A DNA stretch of 64,000 nt from Akkermansia muciniphila. GTDB lineage: Bacteria; Verrucomicrobiota; Verrucomicrobiia; Limisphaerales; SXTU01. The stretch is taken from contig CAMCFN010000006.1 in assembly GCA_945874145.1 (NCBI GenBank), forward strand, positions 16,164 to 80,163, written 5' to 3'. A program made the position numbers and the translations under genes. A model generated the notes under the pieces. It made no database searches. It saw only the letters and a list, made by a program, of their open reading frames with translations, and was not told the DNA's origin. Position 1 is the first letter of the stretch; the number at the start of each line of letters is the position of its first letter. Below, piece after piece: positions 18,237 to 27,265 of this stretch.

Positions 18237-19256
18237 TCACGCCTTCATCACTTCCTGCTCGCTCACCTGCTGGGCGATGACGGCCACGCAGTCGCCTTGC
18301 TGGGTGAGGCAGGGGGCGCGGATGGTGATGAGGAAACCGCTGGATTGTGCGACGAGCGGCTCGGGGGCGCGGTCGGGGCGTTCGAGGTGGTGGATGTAGC
18401 CGACGGTCTGGCCGCGCTTCACCTTCGCGCCGAGGTCGAGGCAGATTTCAAAGATGCCGGACTCGGGCGCGAGCAGGTAGTCCTCGCGGTGCAGCGCCTG
18501 GGTGAGGATGACGGGCGGCAGGCCGAGCTTGGCGCGGGTTTGCTCGCGGCCTTTCAGCGCGCCGAGGTGGATGAGGACGTTGCGCAGGCCGCTCTGCGTG
18601 ATGCGGTGCACGTCGGCGGGAATGCATTCGCCGCCGCCCATTTCCGTGGTGACGACGAGCTTGCCCTGGTTCTCCGCCTCGACGGGCAGCAGGCCCGTGC
18701 CCGCGATGTCCGCGTAGAGGAAGGCGAAGTCCGAGTTCCACGCGAGCATGGCGTCGAGCATCGTGCGGCGCTGCGCGCGGTCGGCGACGAGGTGCATGGT
18801 GGAGCACGGGACAAACTCCATGCTGCGGCCGCCGGAGTGAATGTCTATTACCACGTCGCTCATGGGGAAGAGCACGGTGGTGAGGTAGTGCGCAATCTGG
18901 CTGGTGACCGCGCCCTCGGGCTGGCCGGGGAAGGCGCGGTTCATGTTCATGCCGTCCACGGGCGAGAGGCGCGTGGCGGCGCGGGCGGCGGGGAAGTTCA
19001 GCGACGGGATGAGGATGATGCGGCCGTTGACCATCTCGGGCGTCAGCTCGCGCGCGAGCTTCATGATGGCAATCTGCCCCTGATATTCGTCGCCGTGATT
19101 GCCCGCGAGGATGAGGACGGTCGGTCCCGTGCCACGCGCGACGATGGTGCAGGGGATGAAGATGTTCGCCCAGCCGCCGAGGTTGTGGGACCAGGGGACC
19201 TGAAGGAAGCCCTGCTGTTTGCCGGGGGCGGTGAAGTTGAGGGTGGTGTTTAGCAT
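18237..19256 (-). CDS. succinylglutamate desuccinylase/aspartoacylase (AstE/AspA) family zinc deacylase (DoeB-like)
   Basis: LILAGNHGDEYQG (HxxE zinc site), NMNRAFPG and DIHSGG motifs. Start trimmed to the ATG at 19254-19256 (MLNTTL), 13 nt downstream of the DUF1501 stop. Confidence 0.85.
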   Translation of the reverse strand: MLNTTLNFTAPGKQQGFLQVPWSHNLGGWANIFIPCTIVARGTGPTVLILAGNHGDEYQGQIAIMKLARELTPEMVNGRIILIPSLNFPAARAATRLSPVDGMNMNRAFPGQPEGAVTSQIAHYLTTVLFPMSDVVIDIHSGGRSMEFVPCSTMHLVADRAQRRTMLDAMLAWNSDFAFLYADIAGTGLLPVEAENQGKLVVTTEMGGGECIPADVHRITQSGLRNVLIHLGALKGREQTRAKLGLPPVILTQALHREDYLLAPESGIFEICLDLGAKVKRGQTVGYIHHLERPDRAPEPLVAQSSGFLITIRAPCLTQQGDCVAVIAQQVSEQEVMKA

Positions 19257-19269
19257 AATGGGGACGGGG

Positions 19270-20664
19270 TCACGCGATGATGGGGTGGACGACTTCACCC
19301 GCCACGTCGGTGAGGCGGAAGTCGCGGCCGGCGTAGCGGTAGGTGAGGCGCTCGTGGTCGAGACCGAGCAGGTGGAGCATCGTGGCGTGCAGGTCGTGCG
19401 TGTGGACCGCGCACTCGGCGGGGAGGATGCCGTGCTCGTCGGACTTGCCGTAGGCCAGACCGCCTTTCACGCCGCCACCGGCCATCCACGAGGAAAAGAC
19501 CAGGTTGTGATGCTCGCGGCCCAGGTGGTTCGCCTGCTGGTGGAAGGGCGTGCGGCCAAACTCCGAGGTCCACACGAGCAGCGTGCGCTCCAACATCCCG
19601 CGTTGCTTGAGGTCCGCGATGAGCGCGGCGATGGGCTGGTCAATGGCCTTCGCGAGGCGTTCGTGGTCGGCCATGTTGCCATGGGAATCCCAGTTCCCGC
19701 TGGAGCCGACATCAATGAGTTCGAGGAAGCGCACGCCGCGCTCGGCGAGCCGGCGGGCGACGAGGCATTGCCAGCCGAAGCCCGTGTTCGCGCCGCGCGT
19801 GAGGCCGTAGAGCTTGAGCGTGGCGTCGGTTTCGCGCGAGAGGTCGAAGGCGTCCGGGGCCTCGCGCTGCATGCCGAACGCGGTCTCGAACGAGCGGATG
19901 CGTGCGTCGAGCGCCTCGTCCGCCGCACGCTGTTCGAGATGCGCGCGGTTCAGCTTGCCGAGCAGGCCCAACTCCATCGCCTGCAACTCGGCGGCGGGCG
20001 TGTTGGGCTTGAGGTTGGGCAGCGGTTCCTTGCCGGGGATGACGTGCGTGCCCTGATGGCAGGCGGGGAGGAAATCACTGCCCCAGGTCTGCGCGCCGGC
20101 GTAGGGCGCGGCGGGGGCGAGCACCATGAAGGACGGCAGGTTGCGGTTCTCCGTGCCGAGGCCGTAGCTGACCCACGCGCCTGCGCTGGGGCGAATGGCC
20201 TGAGCGGTGCCGACGTGCGCGGCGAGCGTGGCTTTGTCGTGGCCATCGCTGTCGCAGTGCATCGCGTTGAGCACGCAGACATCGTCAATGACGCCGCCGA
20301 TGTGGGGAAAGAGGTCGCTGACCCAGGTGCCGCTTTGGCCGTATTGCTTGAAGCCCCAGCGCGACTTGATGAGGAAGCGGTCGAACTTGCCGGGCTTGTT
20401 GAGCCAGCGCGACGCGGTGACGGCCTTGCCGTGGTCACGGATGAGCTGGGGCTTGTAGTCGAAGGTGTCCACCTGCGAAACGCCGCCGGTGGAGTAGAGG
20501 AAGATGACGCGGTCGGCCTTCGCGGGGAAATGGCCGGAACGCGGGGCGAGCGGGTCGGTGGAGGCGGCCTGGGTCTCGTGGCACAAGCCGGCGAAGGCGA
20601 GCGCGCCGAAGCCGCCGGAGGCGCGGCGGAGGAATTCGCGGCGGGAGGAGAAAGCGGAGTTCAT
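19270..20664 (-). CDS. DUF1501 domain protein (sulfatase-fold, Tat signal)
   Basis: MNSAFSSRREFLRRASGGFGALAFAGL. DUF1501 motifs: GGVSQVDTFDYKP...WDSHGN...EFGRTP...GREHH. ATG at 20662-20664. Confidence 0.9.
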   Translation of the reverse strand: MNSAFSSRREFLRRASGGFGALAFAGLCHETQAASTDPLAPRSGHFPAKADRVIFLYSTGGVSQVDTFDYKPQLIRDHGKAVTASRWLNKPGKFDRFLIKSRWGFKQYGQSGTWVSDLFPHIGGVIDDVCVLNAMHCDSDGHDKATLAAHVGTAQAIRPSAGAWVSYGLGTENRNLPSFMVLAPAAPYAGAQTWGSDFLPACHQGTHVIPGKEPLPNLKPNTPAAELQAMELGLLGKLNRAHLEQRAADEALDARIRSFETAFGMQREAPDAFDLSRETDATLKLYGLTRGANTGFGWQCLVARRLAERGVRFLELIDVGSSGNWDSHGNMADHERLAKAIDQPIAALIADLKQRGMLERTLLVWTSEFGRTPFHQQANHLGREHHNLVFSSWMAGGGVKGGLAYGKSDEHGILPAECAVHTHDLHATMLHLLGLDHERLTYRYAGRDFRLTDVAGEVVHPIIA

Positions 20665-20683
20665 GCGTGGAGAACGAAGGGGA

Positions 20684-20800
20684 AACGTTCAACGTTCAAC
20701 GTACAACTTCCAACGCTCAACGTTCAGAGCCTTGCGCTCGTGTGTCACGGCGCGTTCGTTGAGGGCTTTGGACGTTGAGCGTTGAGCGTTGGACGTTGAA
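20684..20800. repeat. heptamer-built hairpin element (arms 20684-20726 and 20769-20800)
   Basis: AACGTTCAACGTTCAACGTACAACTTCCAACGCTCAACGTTCA ... TGGACGTTGAGCGTTGAGCGTTGGACGTTGAA. Arms are (CAACGTT)n / (GAGCGTT)n and are reverse complementary. It lies between the PSCyt-DUF1553 stop and the DUF1501 start. Confidence 0.8.
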
Positions 20801-20838
20801 AGTTTCATTCCTAAAGAAGCGGTGTGTGCCGTTGGCTT

Positions 20839-23800
20839 TCAATCCACATACAGAAACGCATTGCTCGTCAGCAGCACGCGGGCGAGGCCGGACCAGGCGA
20901 GTTCGGCGTCATTGGTCGGGGGCTTTTCGAGGGCGGTGAGCTTGGTGCGGTAGGCGGTGAGGAAGGCGAGGGCGTCACTGACTTCCGCGTTGCTCGGCAC
21001 GCGACCGTGGGCCAGGGCGAAGGCGAGGCGGATGCGCTGGGTGTCGTCGGCGGACTCGGCGAGCAGGCGGCGGGCGAAGGACTCGGCCTGTTGCTGCACG
21101 AAGGGCGAATTCATCAGGTAGAGCGTCTGCGTGGGCGTGGTGGTGGGCAGGCGCTGTGCGATGCTGAGGTTCGGGTCGGCGGCGTCGAAGAGCGCGAGGA
21201 AGGGATGGCGGCGATTGCGCTGCTGCATCAGGTAAAGGCTTCGGTGGTCGCTGTCGTAAACGGCGAAGAACGGATTGTGGATGGTGAAGCGCCAGGTCGC
21301 CATGTCGGGGAACGGATGCGGGCCGGGCACGGCGCGATTAAGCCGGCCGCTCACGGCGAGCATGGAGTCGCGGATGGACTCGGCGTCGAGCGGACGGCGC
21401 GCGTGCCGCCAGAGCCAGACATTGGCGGGGTCCTGCTTGAGATTCGCAGCGTGGTCGTCGCTCGCGAGCTGGTAAGTCTGCGAGCGCATGATGAGCCGGT
21501 GCAGCGCCTTCACAGACCAGCCGGACGCGATGAATTCGGACGTGAGCCAGTCGAGCAACTCCGGGTGCGTGGGCGGCTCGCCGCGCAGGCCGAAGTCGCT
21601 GGGCGTCGGCACGAGGCCCTGGCCGAAATGCCATTGCCAGACGCGGTTCACGAAGACGCGCGCGGTGAGCGGGTTGCTCGGGCGCGTGAGCCAGTTCGCG
21701 AGTTCGAGTCGGCCGCTGTTGGTCGAGCCGGCGGGGAGCTTGTCGCCGCCGAGCACTTCGAGGAAACGGCGCGGCGCTTCGTCGCCGAGTTTCTCCGGCT
21801 CGCCACGGAGCTGGATGCGCGCGTTGACGGGCTTGTCCTCGCTGACGCCATAGGCCACGGGATACAACGCTTTCGCCGCCTCGGCGTCGCGCAGTTTGGT
21901 CGCGGCGACGATGTCCGCATCAAGCTGCTTCAGCCGCTCGGCGAGGTCGGCGGGTGGGGCGGTGGGCACGTCGACGGGGCCGGTGCCCGGTTCGGCGAAG
22001 GGAGTTTCCTGCAAGCCGAGGTTGTCGAGGTCGCGCTCGGGAGCGGGGCCGCTGACGTGGCCGATGGCGTCGCAGATGAAGGTATCGGCCACGCCATCCC
22101 AGTTCGCGCCGAGCGGTTTGCCTGCGAACGTGGTGAGGTCGCCGGTCACGCCGACCGCGCCGGAGTAGGTCTTCTTCGCGGGGTCGAGCGTGAGGCGGAG
22201 GGTGTGCCAGGAGCCGGGCTGAAGCTGGCGGAGGACTTCCCACTTGGTGCCGTTGCGGAGCGCGATCTCCGTGGCGGTCACACTCACCTCGACCGCGAGC
22301 GACGCGATGACGCCGCGCCCGAGGTAGAAACGATACGCGCCGGACTTGTCCGTGGGAGCGACGGTGCGGAAATCCACGGTGAAGTGCATTTGCTTGCCGG
22401 GCGCGGCCTTGAGCGGGCGGGCGAAGACGTAGCGGACGCCGTTGTTGGCCTTGCCGGTGCCCACGCGCACGCCGCGCGTGCCCACGGGGTGAATGTGCGC
22501 GAAGGGGCTTTGGGCCTCGGCCAGCACTTTGTTCGGCCCTTCGGACAGCCAGGGCGCGGTGGGCGGCTGACCGATGGTTTGCAGCTCGAAGCCTAGGTCT
22601 GGTCCACCGGCGATGGACTTGTTGTCGAGCGCGACGCGGTCGGCTTTGAGTTTCGCGAGCGCGGCGTCGAGACGAGCGAGTTCGGCGGACTTCAGCTTGT
22701 CGAGGCGCGCGGCTTCCTCGCGCGAGACGAGCGGGGGAAAGTCGGACGGGCGTTTCTGCTCTTCGCCGCCGGGGAACGCCCACTTCGTGCTCTGGAAGAT
22801 GCCGTAGAGCGAGTAGTAATCCGCCGCGCTGACCGGGTCATACTTGTGGTCGTGGCAGCGCGCGCAGCCGAGCGAGAGGCCGAGGAGCGAGCGCCCCACG
22901 GAGTCAATCGCATCGGCGAAGTCGAGGTGCTGGTAGTCGGGCGAGGGCTTGTAGCCGTAGCGCTTGCCAACGGCGAGGAAGCCGGTGGCGGTGATGCGGC
23001 GGGCGTATTGGTCCGCCGGCCCTTGTGCGGCGAGAATGTCCCCGGCGATTTGATCACGGATGAACTCGTTGAACGGCTGGTCGGCGTTGAAGGCATTCAC
23101 CACCCAATCGCGATACTTCACGGCCTCGCGCACGGGGTAGTCCGCGCCATCGCCGGCGGTGTCGGCGTAGCGGGCGACGTCGAGCCAGTGGCGGCCCCAG
23201 CGTTCGCCGTAGGCTGGGCTGGCGAGGAGGCGGTCAATGGCATTGGCGATTGCCGATTGCCGATTGCCGATTGGGGAGTAGGCGCGCTCGAAAGCTTCGA
23301 TTTCCTCGGGCGGCGGCGGGAGGCCGGTGAGGTCGAAGGTCATGCGGCGGATGAGGGCGCGCGGGTCGGCGGGGGGATTGGGCGCAAGACCTTGCTGCTG
23401 GAGGCGAGTGAACACGAAGCGGTCGAGGGGTTGCTGGCTCCAGGCGTTGGGCTTGGGGGCGGGTGGCTGTGGGTGGGTGAGGGGCTGGAAGGCCCAGTGC
23501 TTCCGCACGGCGGCGGGGTCCACGCCGGCAGTGACGGCGGGGGTGCCTTCGCGCGGGTCAGGCGCGCCGAGCTTCACCCATTGTTCGAGCGCGGCGACTT
23601 CCTCGGAGCCGAGCGCGCGCTTGGGGGGCATCTGCAGGTCCTTGTCCTTCCGGCGCACGGCTTGGATGAGGCGGCTCTTGTCAGGGTCGCCGGGGACGAT
23701 GACGGGGCCGTGGTCGCCGCCTTTTTGCCAGCCGGCTTTCGTGTCGAGGCGGAGACCGCCTTCCTGTTTCTTTTCGCCGTGGCACTTCTGGCAGTGCTCG

Positions 23801-23994
23801 ATGAAGAGGGGGCGAATCTTCGCCTCGAAGAAAGCAGGTCCGTCAGGGTTGGCAGCCTTGATTGCTACGGAGCCACTGAGCAGCACGGCTAGAATTGTTG
23901 AGCCACGGATGAAACACAGACGAAACACGGATGGAATTGAAGAGGCACGTCTATCGCGCTTCCCACTGATAACTGTGTTCAATCTGTGTTTCAT
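20839..23994 (-). CDS. PSCyt1 / DUF1549 / PSCyt2 / DUF1553 multidomain protein
   Basis: CQKCHGEKKQEGGLRLD...MPP (planctomycete cytochrome c). DRFVFTRLQQQGLAPNPPADPRALIRRMTFDLTGLPP (DUF1549). CARCHDHKYDP (PSCyt2). C-terminal LANWLTRPSNPLTARVFVNRVWQWHFGQGLV...THPELLDWL (DUF1553). The ATG at 23992-23994 lies inside a hairpin repeat, so the start is uncertain. Confidence 0.9.
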   Translation of the reverse strand: MKHRLNTVISGKRDRRASSIPSVFRLCFIRGSTILAVLLSGSVAIKAANPDGPAFFEAKIRPLFIEHCQKCHGEKKQEGGLRLDTKAGWQKGGDHGPVIVPGDPDKSRLIQAVRRKDKDLQMPPKRALGSEEVAALEQWVKLGAPDPREGTPAVTAGVDPAAVRKHWAFQPLTHPQPPAPKPNAWSQQPLDRFVFTRLQQQGLAPNPPADPRALIRRMTFDLTGLPPPPEEIEAFERAYSPIGNRQSAIANAIDRLLASPAYGERWGRHWLDVARYADTAGDGADYPVREAVKYRDWVVNAFNADQPFNEFIRDQIAGDILAAQGPADQYARRITATGFLAVGKRYGYKPSPDYQHLDFADAIDSVGRSLLGLSLGCARCHDHKYDPVSAADYYSLYGIFQSTKWAFPGGEEQKRPSDFPPLVSREEAARLDKLKSAELARLDAALAKLKADRVALDNKSIAGGPDLGFELQTIGQPPTAPWLSEGPNKVLAEAQSPFAHIHPVGTRGVRVGTGKANNGVRYVFARPLKAAPGKQMHFTVDFRTVAPTDKSGAYRFYLGRGVIASLAVEVSVTATEIALRNGTKWEVLRQLQPGSWHTLRLTLDPAKKTYSGAVGVTGDLTTFAGKPLGANWDGVADTFICDAIGHVSGPAPERDLDNLGLQETPFAEPGTGPVDVPTAPPADLAERLKQLDADIVAATKLRDAEAAKALYPVAYGVSEDKPVNARIQLRGEPEKLGDEAPRRFLEVLGGDKLPAGSTNSGRLELANWLTRPSNPLTARVFVNRVWQWHFGQGLVPTPSDFGLRGEPPTHPELLDWLTSEFIASGWSVKALHRLIMRSQTYQLASDDHAANLKQDPANVWLWRHARRPLDAESIRDSMLAVSGRLNRAVPGPHPFPDMATWRFTIHNPFFAVYDSDHRSLYLMQQRNRRHPFLALFDAADPNLSIAQRLPTTTPTQTLYLMNSPFVQQQAESFARRLLAESADDTQRIRLAFALAHGRVPSNAEVSDALAFLTAYRTKLTALEKPPTNDAELAWSGLARVLLTSNAFLYVD
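23241..23275. repeat. five-unit heptamer tract (GATTGCC-type) inside the DUF1553-family CDS
   Basis: cATTGGC GATTGCC GATTGCC GATTGCC GATTGGG. It encodes SPIGNRQSAIANA on the minus strand. A near-identical tract lies at 58976-59010 in a paralogue. Confidence 0.8.
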
Positions 23995-24000
23995 CTGTGG
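23903..24000. repeat. hairpin element (arms 23903-23934 and 23971-24000) overlapping the 5' end of the 20839-23994 gene
   Basis: CCACGGATGAAACACAGACGAAACACGGATGG versus the reverse complement of AACTGTGTTCAATCTGTGTTTCATCTGTGG (= CCACAGATGAAACACAGATTGAACACAGTT). The arms are near-identical. Confidence 0.75.
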
Positions 24001-24017
24001 CTAGAGGAAAGTTCCGC

Positions 24018-25136
24018 TCAGGCGACGCGGTGCTTCCGCACTTGCTCATCGTCCAGTTCCAAGCCCAGCCCCGGCGCATCCGGCACGGGGAGGAAGCCGT
24101 CCTTCATTCGCACGTGGCCCTTGGTGAGAAACTCGCGGAGGCTGGTGTTTTCCTGCACGACGAACTCGGCGATGAGGGCGTTGGGAATCGCGTTGAGCCA
24201 GTGCAGGGCGGCGTGGACGTTGATGTAGGTGCTGAAACCGTGGTTGGCCACCTTGAGGCCGCGGTCGGCGGCGAGGCTCGCGATTTTCATCGCCTCGGTG
24301 AAGCCGCCGCAGCGGGTGAGGTCCACTTGCGCGATGTCCACGCGGCCCTTGTCCATCAGGTCGAGGAAGGACTGCCGGCCGCTCTCCTGTTCGCCGGCGG
24401 CGATATGGACGGGGCTGGCGGCGGTGAGCTTGGCGTAGCCTTCGTAGTCGTCGGGCGGGAGCGGCTCCTCGAGCCAGAAGATGCCGAACTCGGCGAAGGC
24501 CTGCGCGCGCTGGATGGCGGTGCGCGCGTCCCACACAAGGCCCGCGTCAATCATCACGTCGCCGTCCGCGCCGAAGCTTTTGCGCGCCTGCCGGACGAGA
24601 TCCACGTCGGTCTTCGCGTTCTCGCCCATCGGGGCCCAGCCGAACTTCACGGCGGAAAAACCTTTTGCGCGGATGCGCTTGGCGAGTTCGCCGGTAGCCT
24701 TGGGCGTCGCGCCGAAAAGCGAACTGGCGTAACAGCGGATTTGCTTTTGGAAACCGCCGCCGAGGAGTTTCCAGACGGGAAGGCCAAGGGCCTTGCCCTT
24801 GATGTCCCAGAGCGCGAGGTCAATGCCGCTCATCGCGTGCAGGCCGATGCCACGCCGGCCCGAGTAGATGGTGCGGTGATACATCTGATGCCAGAGCCGC
24901 TCGGTCTCGAAGGGGTCCTGGCCGATGAGCAGGTGCTTCAGACCGGTGCTGATGGTGTGGCTGAACGGCCCCTCGATGACCGCCTTGGCCGCGAGCGGCG
25001 CGGAGTCCACCTCGCCGATGCCGGTGATGCCGGCGTCGGTCGTGACCTTGACGATGAGCGCGTCCTGCCCGCTGTCGCACTGGGCGCGGACAAGTTTTTG
25101 AGAGACGTAAATCGCTTCGACGTTCGTGATTTTCAT
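24018..25136 (-). CDS. enolase-superfamily (mandelate racemase/muconate lactonizing enzyme) protein, acid-sugar dehydratase-like
   Basis: MKITNVEAIYV...GITGIGE...LWDIKGKALGLPVWKLLGG...KFG...IDAG...WLEEP...IAAGE... is the typical MR/MLE layout. ATG at 25134-25136. Confidence 0.9.
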   Translation of the reverse strand: MKITNVEAIYVSQKLVRAQCDSGQDALIVKVTTDAGITGIGEVDSAPLAAKAVIEGPFSHTISTGLKHLLIGQDPFETERLWHQMYHRTIYSGRRGIGLHAMSGIDLALWDIKGKALGLPVWKLLGGGFQKQIRCYASSLFGATPKATGELAKRIRAKGFSAVKFGWAPMGENAKTDVDLVRQARKSFGADGDVMIDAGLVWDARTAIQRAQAFAEFGIFWLEEPLPPDDYEGYAKLTAASPVHIAAGEQESGRQSFLDLMDKGRVDIAQVDLTRCGGFTEAMKIASLAADRGLKVANHGFSTYINVHAALHWLNAIPNALIAEFVVQENTSLREFLTKGHVRMKDGFLPVPDAPGLGLELDDEQVRKHRVA

Positions 25137-25174
25137 GTGGGACTGCTGGCGGATGACTCGACGCGATGCACGGG

Positions 25175-26071
25175 TCAGGGATTCGCTTTGATTCCCCGCA
25201 AATGCAGGTCGAACCAGTCGGCGAAGAGCTGCAGGTCAGTGACCATCTCGGGCCAGCCGTGGACCTTGCCGGGGCGGTTGATCAGTTTCGCGGTGGCGCC
25301 GGCCTCCGTGGCCTTTTCCACGAACGACTCGGCTTGCTGGTAGGGCACAAGCTTGTCCGCGTCACCGTGAATGATGAGCGTTGGGGCCGTCTTCGCACTC
25401 GCGAAGTAAATCGGCGAAATCTCACGCCCCAGCGCCCTGCGGCCCTCCTCGGTATCGGAGCGTGAACCAAAAGCGGCCTTGAAATTCTTCAGTGTGCCCA
25501 CGCCCACCGCGTCCTCACCGGGCTGGCCGTAGTTCAGGAAATCCGTTGGTGGAAAGAAGCACGCGACCGCCTGCACGGCGCTGCTCGCGCGGTCCACGGG
25601 TTCTTTCGCGTCGCTTTTCCCGGGCCCGCCCTGCGTGCCCATCGTGAGCGAAAGGTGGCCGCCCGCGCTGCCGCCGGAGATGCCGAACTTGTCCGGCTTC
25701 ACCCCCCACTTCGCCGCGTTGGTGCGGATGAATCGGATGGCGCGGTGGATGTCCTGCGTCACCTCGGGGATGGTGAACTTGGGCTGCGACCCATGCACCA
25801 CGGCAAACACCGTGTAGCCACGGTCGAGGAACGCCTTGTAGTAGGCGGGCCGGATGTTCTCCTTCGCGGAGAACCAGCCGCCGCTCACCATGTAAATCAC
25901 CGCGCAGCCGTTGTTGGTCGTATTCGACTGGAAGACATCCAGGGTCAGGGCGGTGCCGAATTTGCGGCCGTAGATGACATCCTCGGTGTGCCTGTAGCCG
26001 GGGTCCTGGGCCGGGGCAGCAAGAACGGTGAAACTGAACAGGAGCAGGGCAAGTGCGAGGCGTTGAGGCAT
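25175..26071 (-). CDS. secreted alpha/beta hydrolase (carboxylesterase-like)
   Basis: Signal MPQRLALALLLFSFTVLAAPAQ. VIYMVSGGW... and the nucleophile elbow GISGGSAGGHLS. C-terminal IIHGDADKLVP. Start trimmed to the ATG at 26069-26071. Confidence 0.8.
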   Translation of the reverse strand: MPQRLALALLLFSFTVLAAPAQDPGYRHTEDVIYGRKFGTALTLDVFQSNTTNNGCAVIYMVSGGWFSAKENIRPAYYKAFLDRGYTVFAVVHGSQPKFTIPEVTQDIHRAIRFIRTNAAKWGVKPDKFGISGGSAGGHLSLTMGTQGGPGKSDAKEPVDRASSAVQAVACFFPPTDFLNYGQPGEDAVGVGTLKNFKAAFGSRSDTEEGRRALGREISPIYFASAKTAPTLIIHGDADKLVPYQQAESFVEKATEAGATAKLINRPGKVHGWPEMVTDLQLFADWFDLHLRGIKANP

Positions 26072-26190
26072 GGCCGAAGTGTAGCGGACGAAGTCCGCCC
26101 GAGAAGCCGTTTTTCCCCGTGACTGGACGCTGCTGGCTTCCACCCGAATTTCGCCTCGCCAAAGCCCGCGCGGCACAGTCGAATCCGCGC

Positions 26191-27216
26191 ATGGCGTTCG
26201 TCGATTTCCCCGCCCAGCAACAGGCCGTCACGTTGCTCCAACGCAGTCTGGAGCGCGGCCGGCTGGCGCACGCATATCTTTTCACGGGAGATGATCTGGA
26301 TGAGCTGGAGGCCATGGCCCGCACGCTGGCCAAGACGCTGAACTGCCAGCAACCCGGGCTCGGCGTGGCCAGTGACTGCTGCGATGACTGCCTGGCCTGC
26401 CGGAAGATTGACCACGGCAACCATGCCGACGTGCAGTGGATTCGGCCCGAGATGAAGTCCCGACAAATCTCCGTGGACCAAATTCGGGAGCTGATTCATA
26501 CCGTCAATCTCAAGCCCACCGAGGCCGAGTGGAAAGTCGCCGTCATTGTCGCCGCCGACCGCTTGAACACGCAGGCGGCCAACGCATTCCTCAAGACCCT
26601 CGAAGAGCCACCGGCTCGCAGCATCCTCATTCTCCTCACTGTAGAACCACAGCAACTGCTGGAGACGATTCTTTCGCGCTGCCTGCGCTTGAACTTCGCC
26701 GGTGGCGCGGGCGGGCGGAAATTCGCCCCTGAACACGTCGCGTGGCTGCGGGAATTCGGCACTCAACTCGCGGAGCCAAAACAGAACCTGCTGGGCCGCT
26801 ACCGCGTGCTGGGCCAGATGCTGGCCCGGCTGGCCGCTTTGAAGGACGAACTCAAGGACACCCTCACCGCACGCTCGCCGCTCCAAAACTACCCGGATGC
26901 CGAACCGAAGCTCGTGGAGAAATGGGAAGAAGAACTTACCGCCGCCATCGAGGCCGAATACCGTCGCCAGCGCGGCGAACTGCTGCTCACCCTGCAATGG
27001 TGGTTACGCGACATCTGGCTGCGGAAGCTCGGCACGGACGCGGAACTGGTGACATTTCCCGAACTCGCCGCGCCCGTGGACGTCATCAGCGCCCGGGTCT
27101 CGTTGCCCGAGGCGTTGGAAAACCTGCGCGTGGTTGATCAAACGCAGCGGCTGCTGCGCACCAACGTCCAGGAGGCCCTTGCGCTGGAAGTCGGCCTGAT
27201 CAAGCTCCGGTTGTAG
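26191..27216 (+). CDS. holB: DNA polymerase III subunit delta'
   Basis: LERGRLAHAYLFTGDDLDELEAMARTLAKTLNC...C..C..C..I..GNHADV...AANAFLKTLEEPP. Start trimmed to the ATG at 26191. Confidence 0.85.
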   Translation: MAFVDFPAQQQAVTLLQRSLERGRLAHAYLFTGDDLDELEAMARTLAKTLNCQQPGLGVASDCCDDCLACRKIDHGNHADVQWIRPEMKSRQISVDQIRELIHTVNLKPTEAEWKVAVIVAADRLNTQAANAFLKTLEEPPARSILILLTVEPQQLLETILSRCLRLNFAGGAGGRKFAPEHVAWLREFGTQLAEPKQNLLGRYRVLGQMLARLAALKDELKDTLTARSPLQNYPDAEPKLVEKWEEELTAAIEAEYRRQRGELLLTLQWWLRDIWLRKLGTDAELVTFPELAAPVDVISARVSLPEALENLRVVDQTQRLLRTNVQEALALEVGLIKLRL

Positions 27217-27265
27217 GCGGCAAATCCCGCTTGCCGGCCTGCCGTCGGACAAGGATGTTTCGGGC

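Noticed and set aside
20824-22596. 590-aa plus-strand ORF (and 22846-23892, 23327-24004)
   Set aside because: It is antisense to the PSCyt/DUF1553 gene, which has four recognisable domains.
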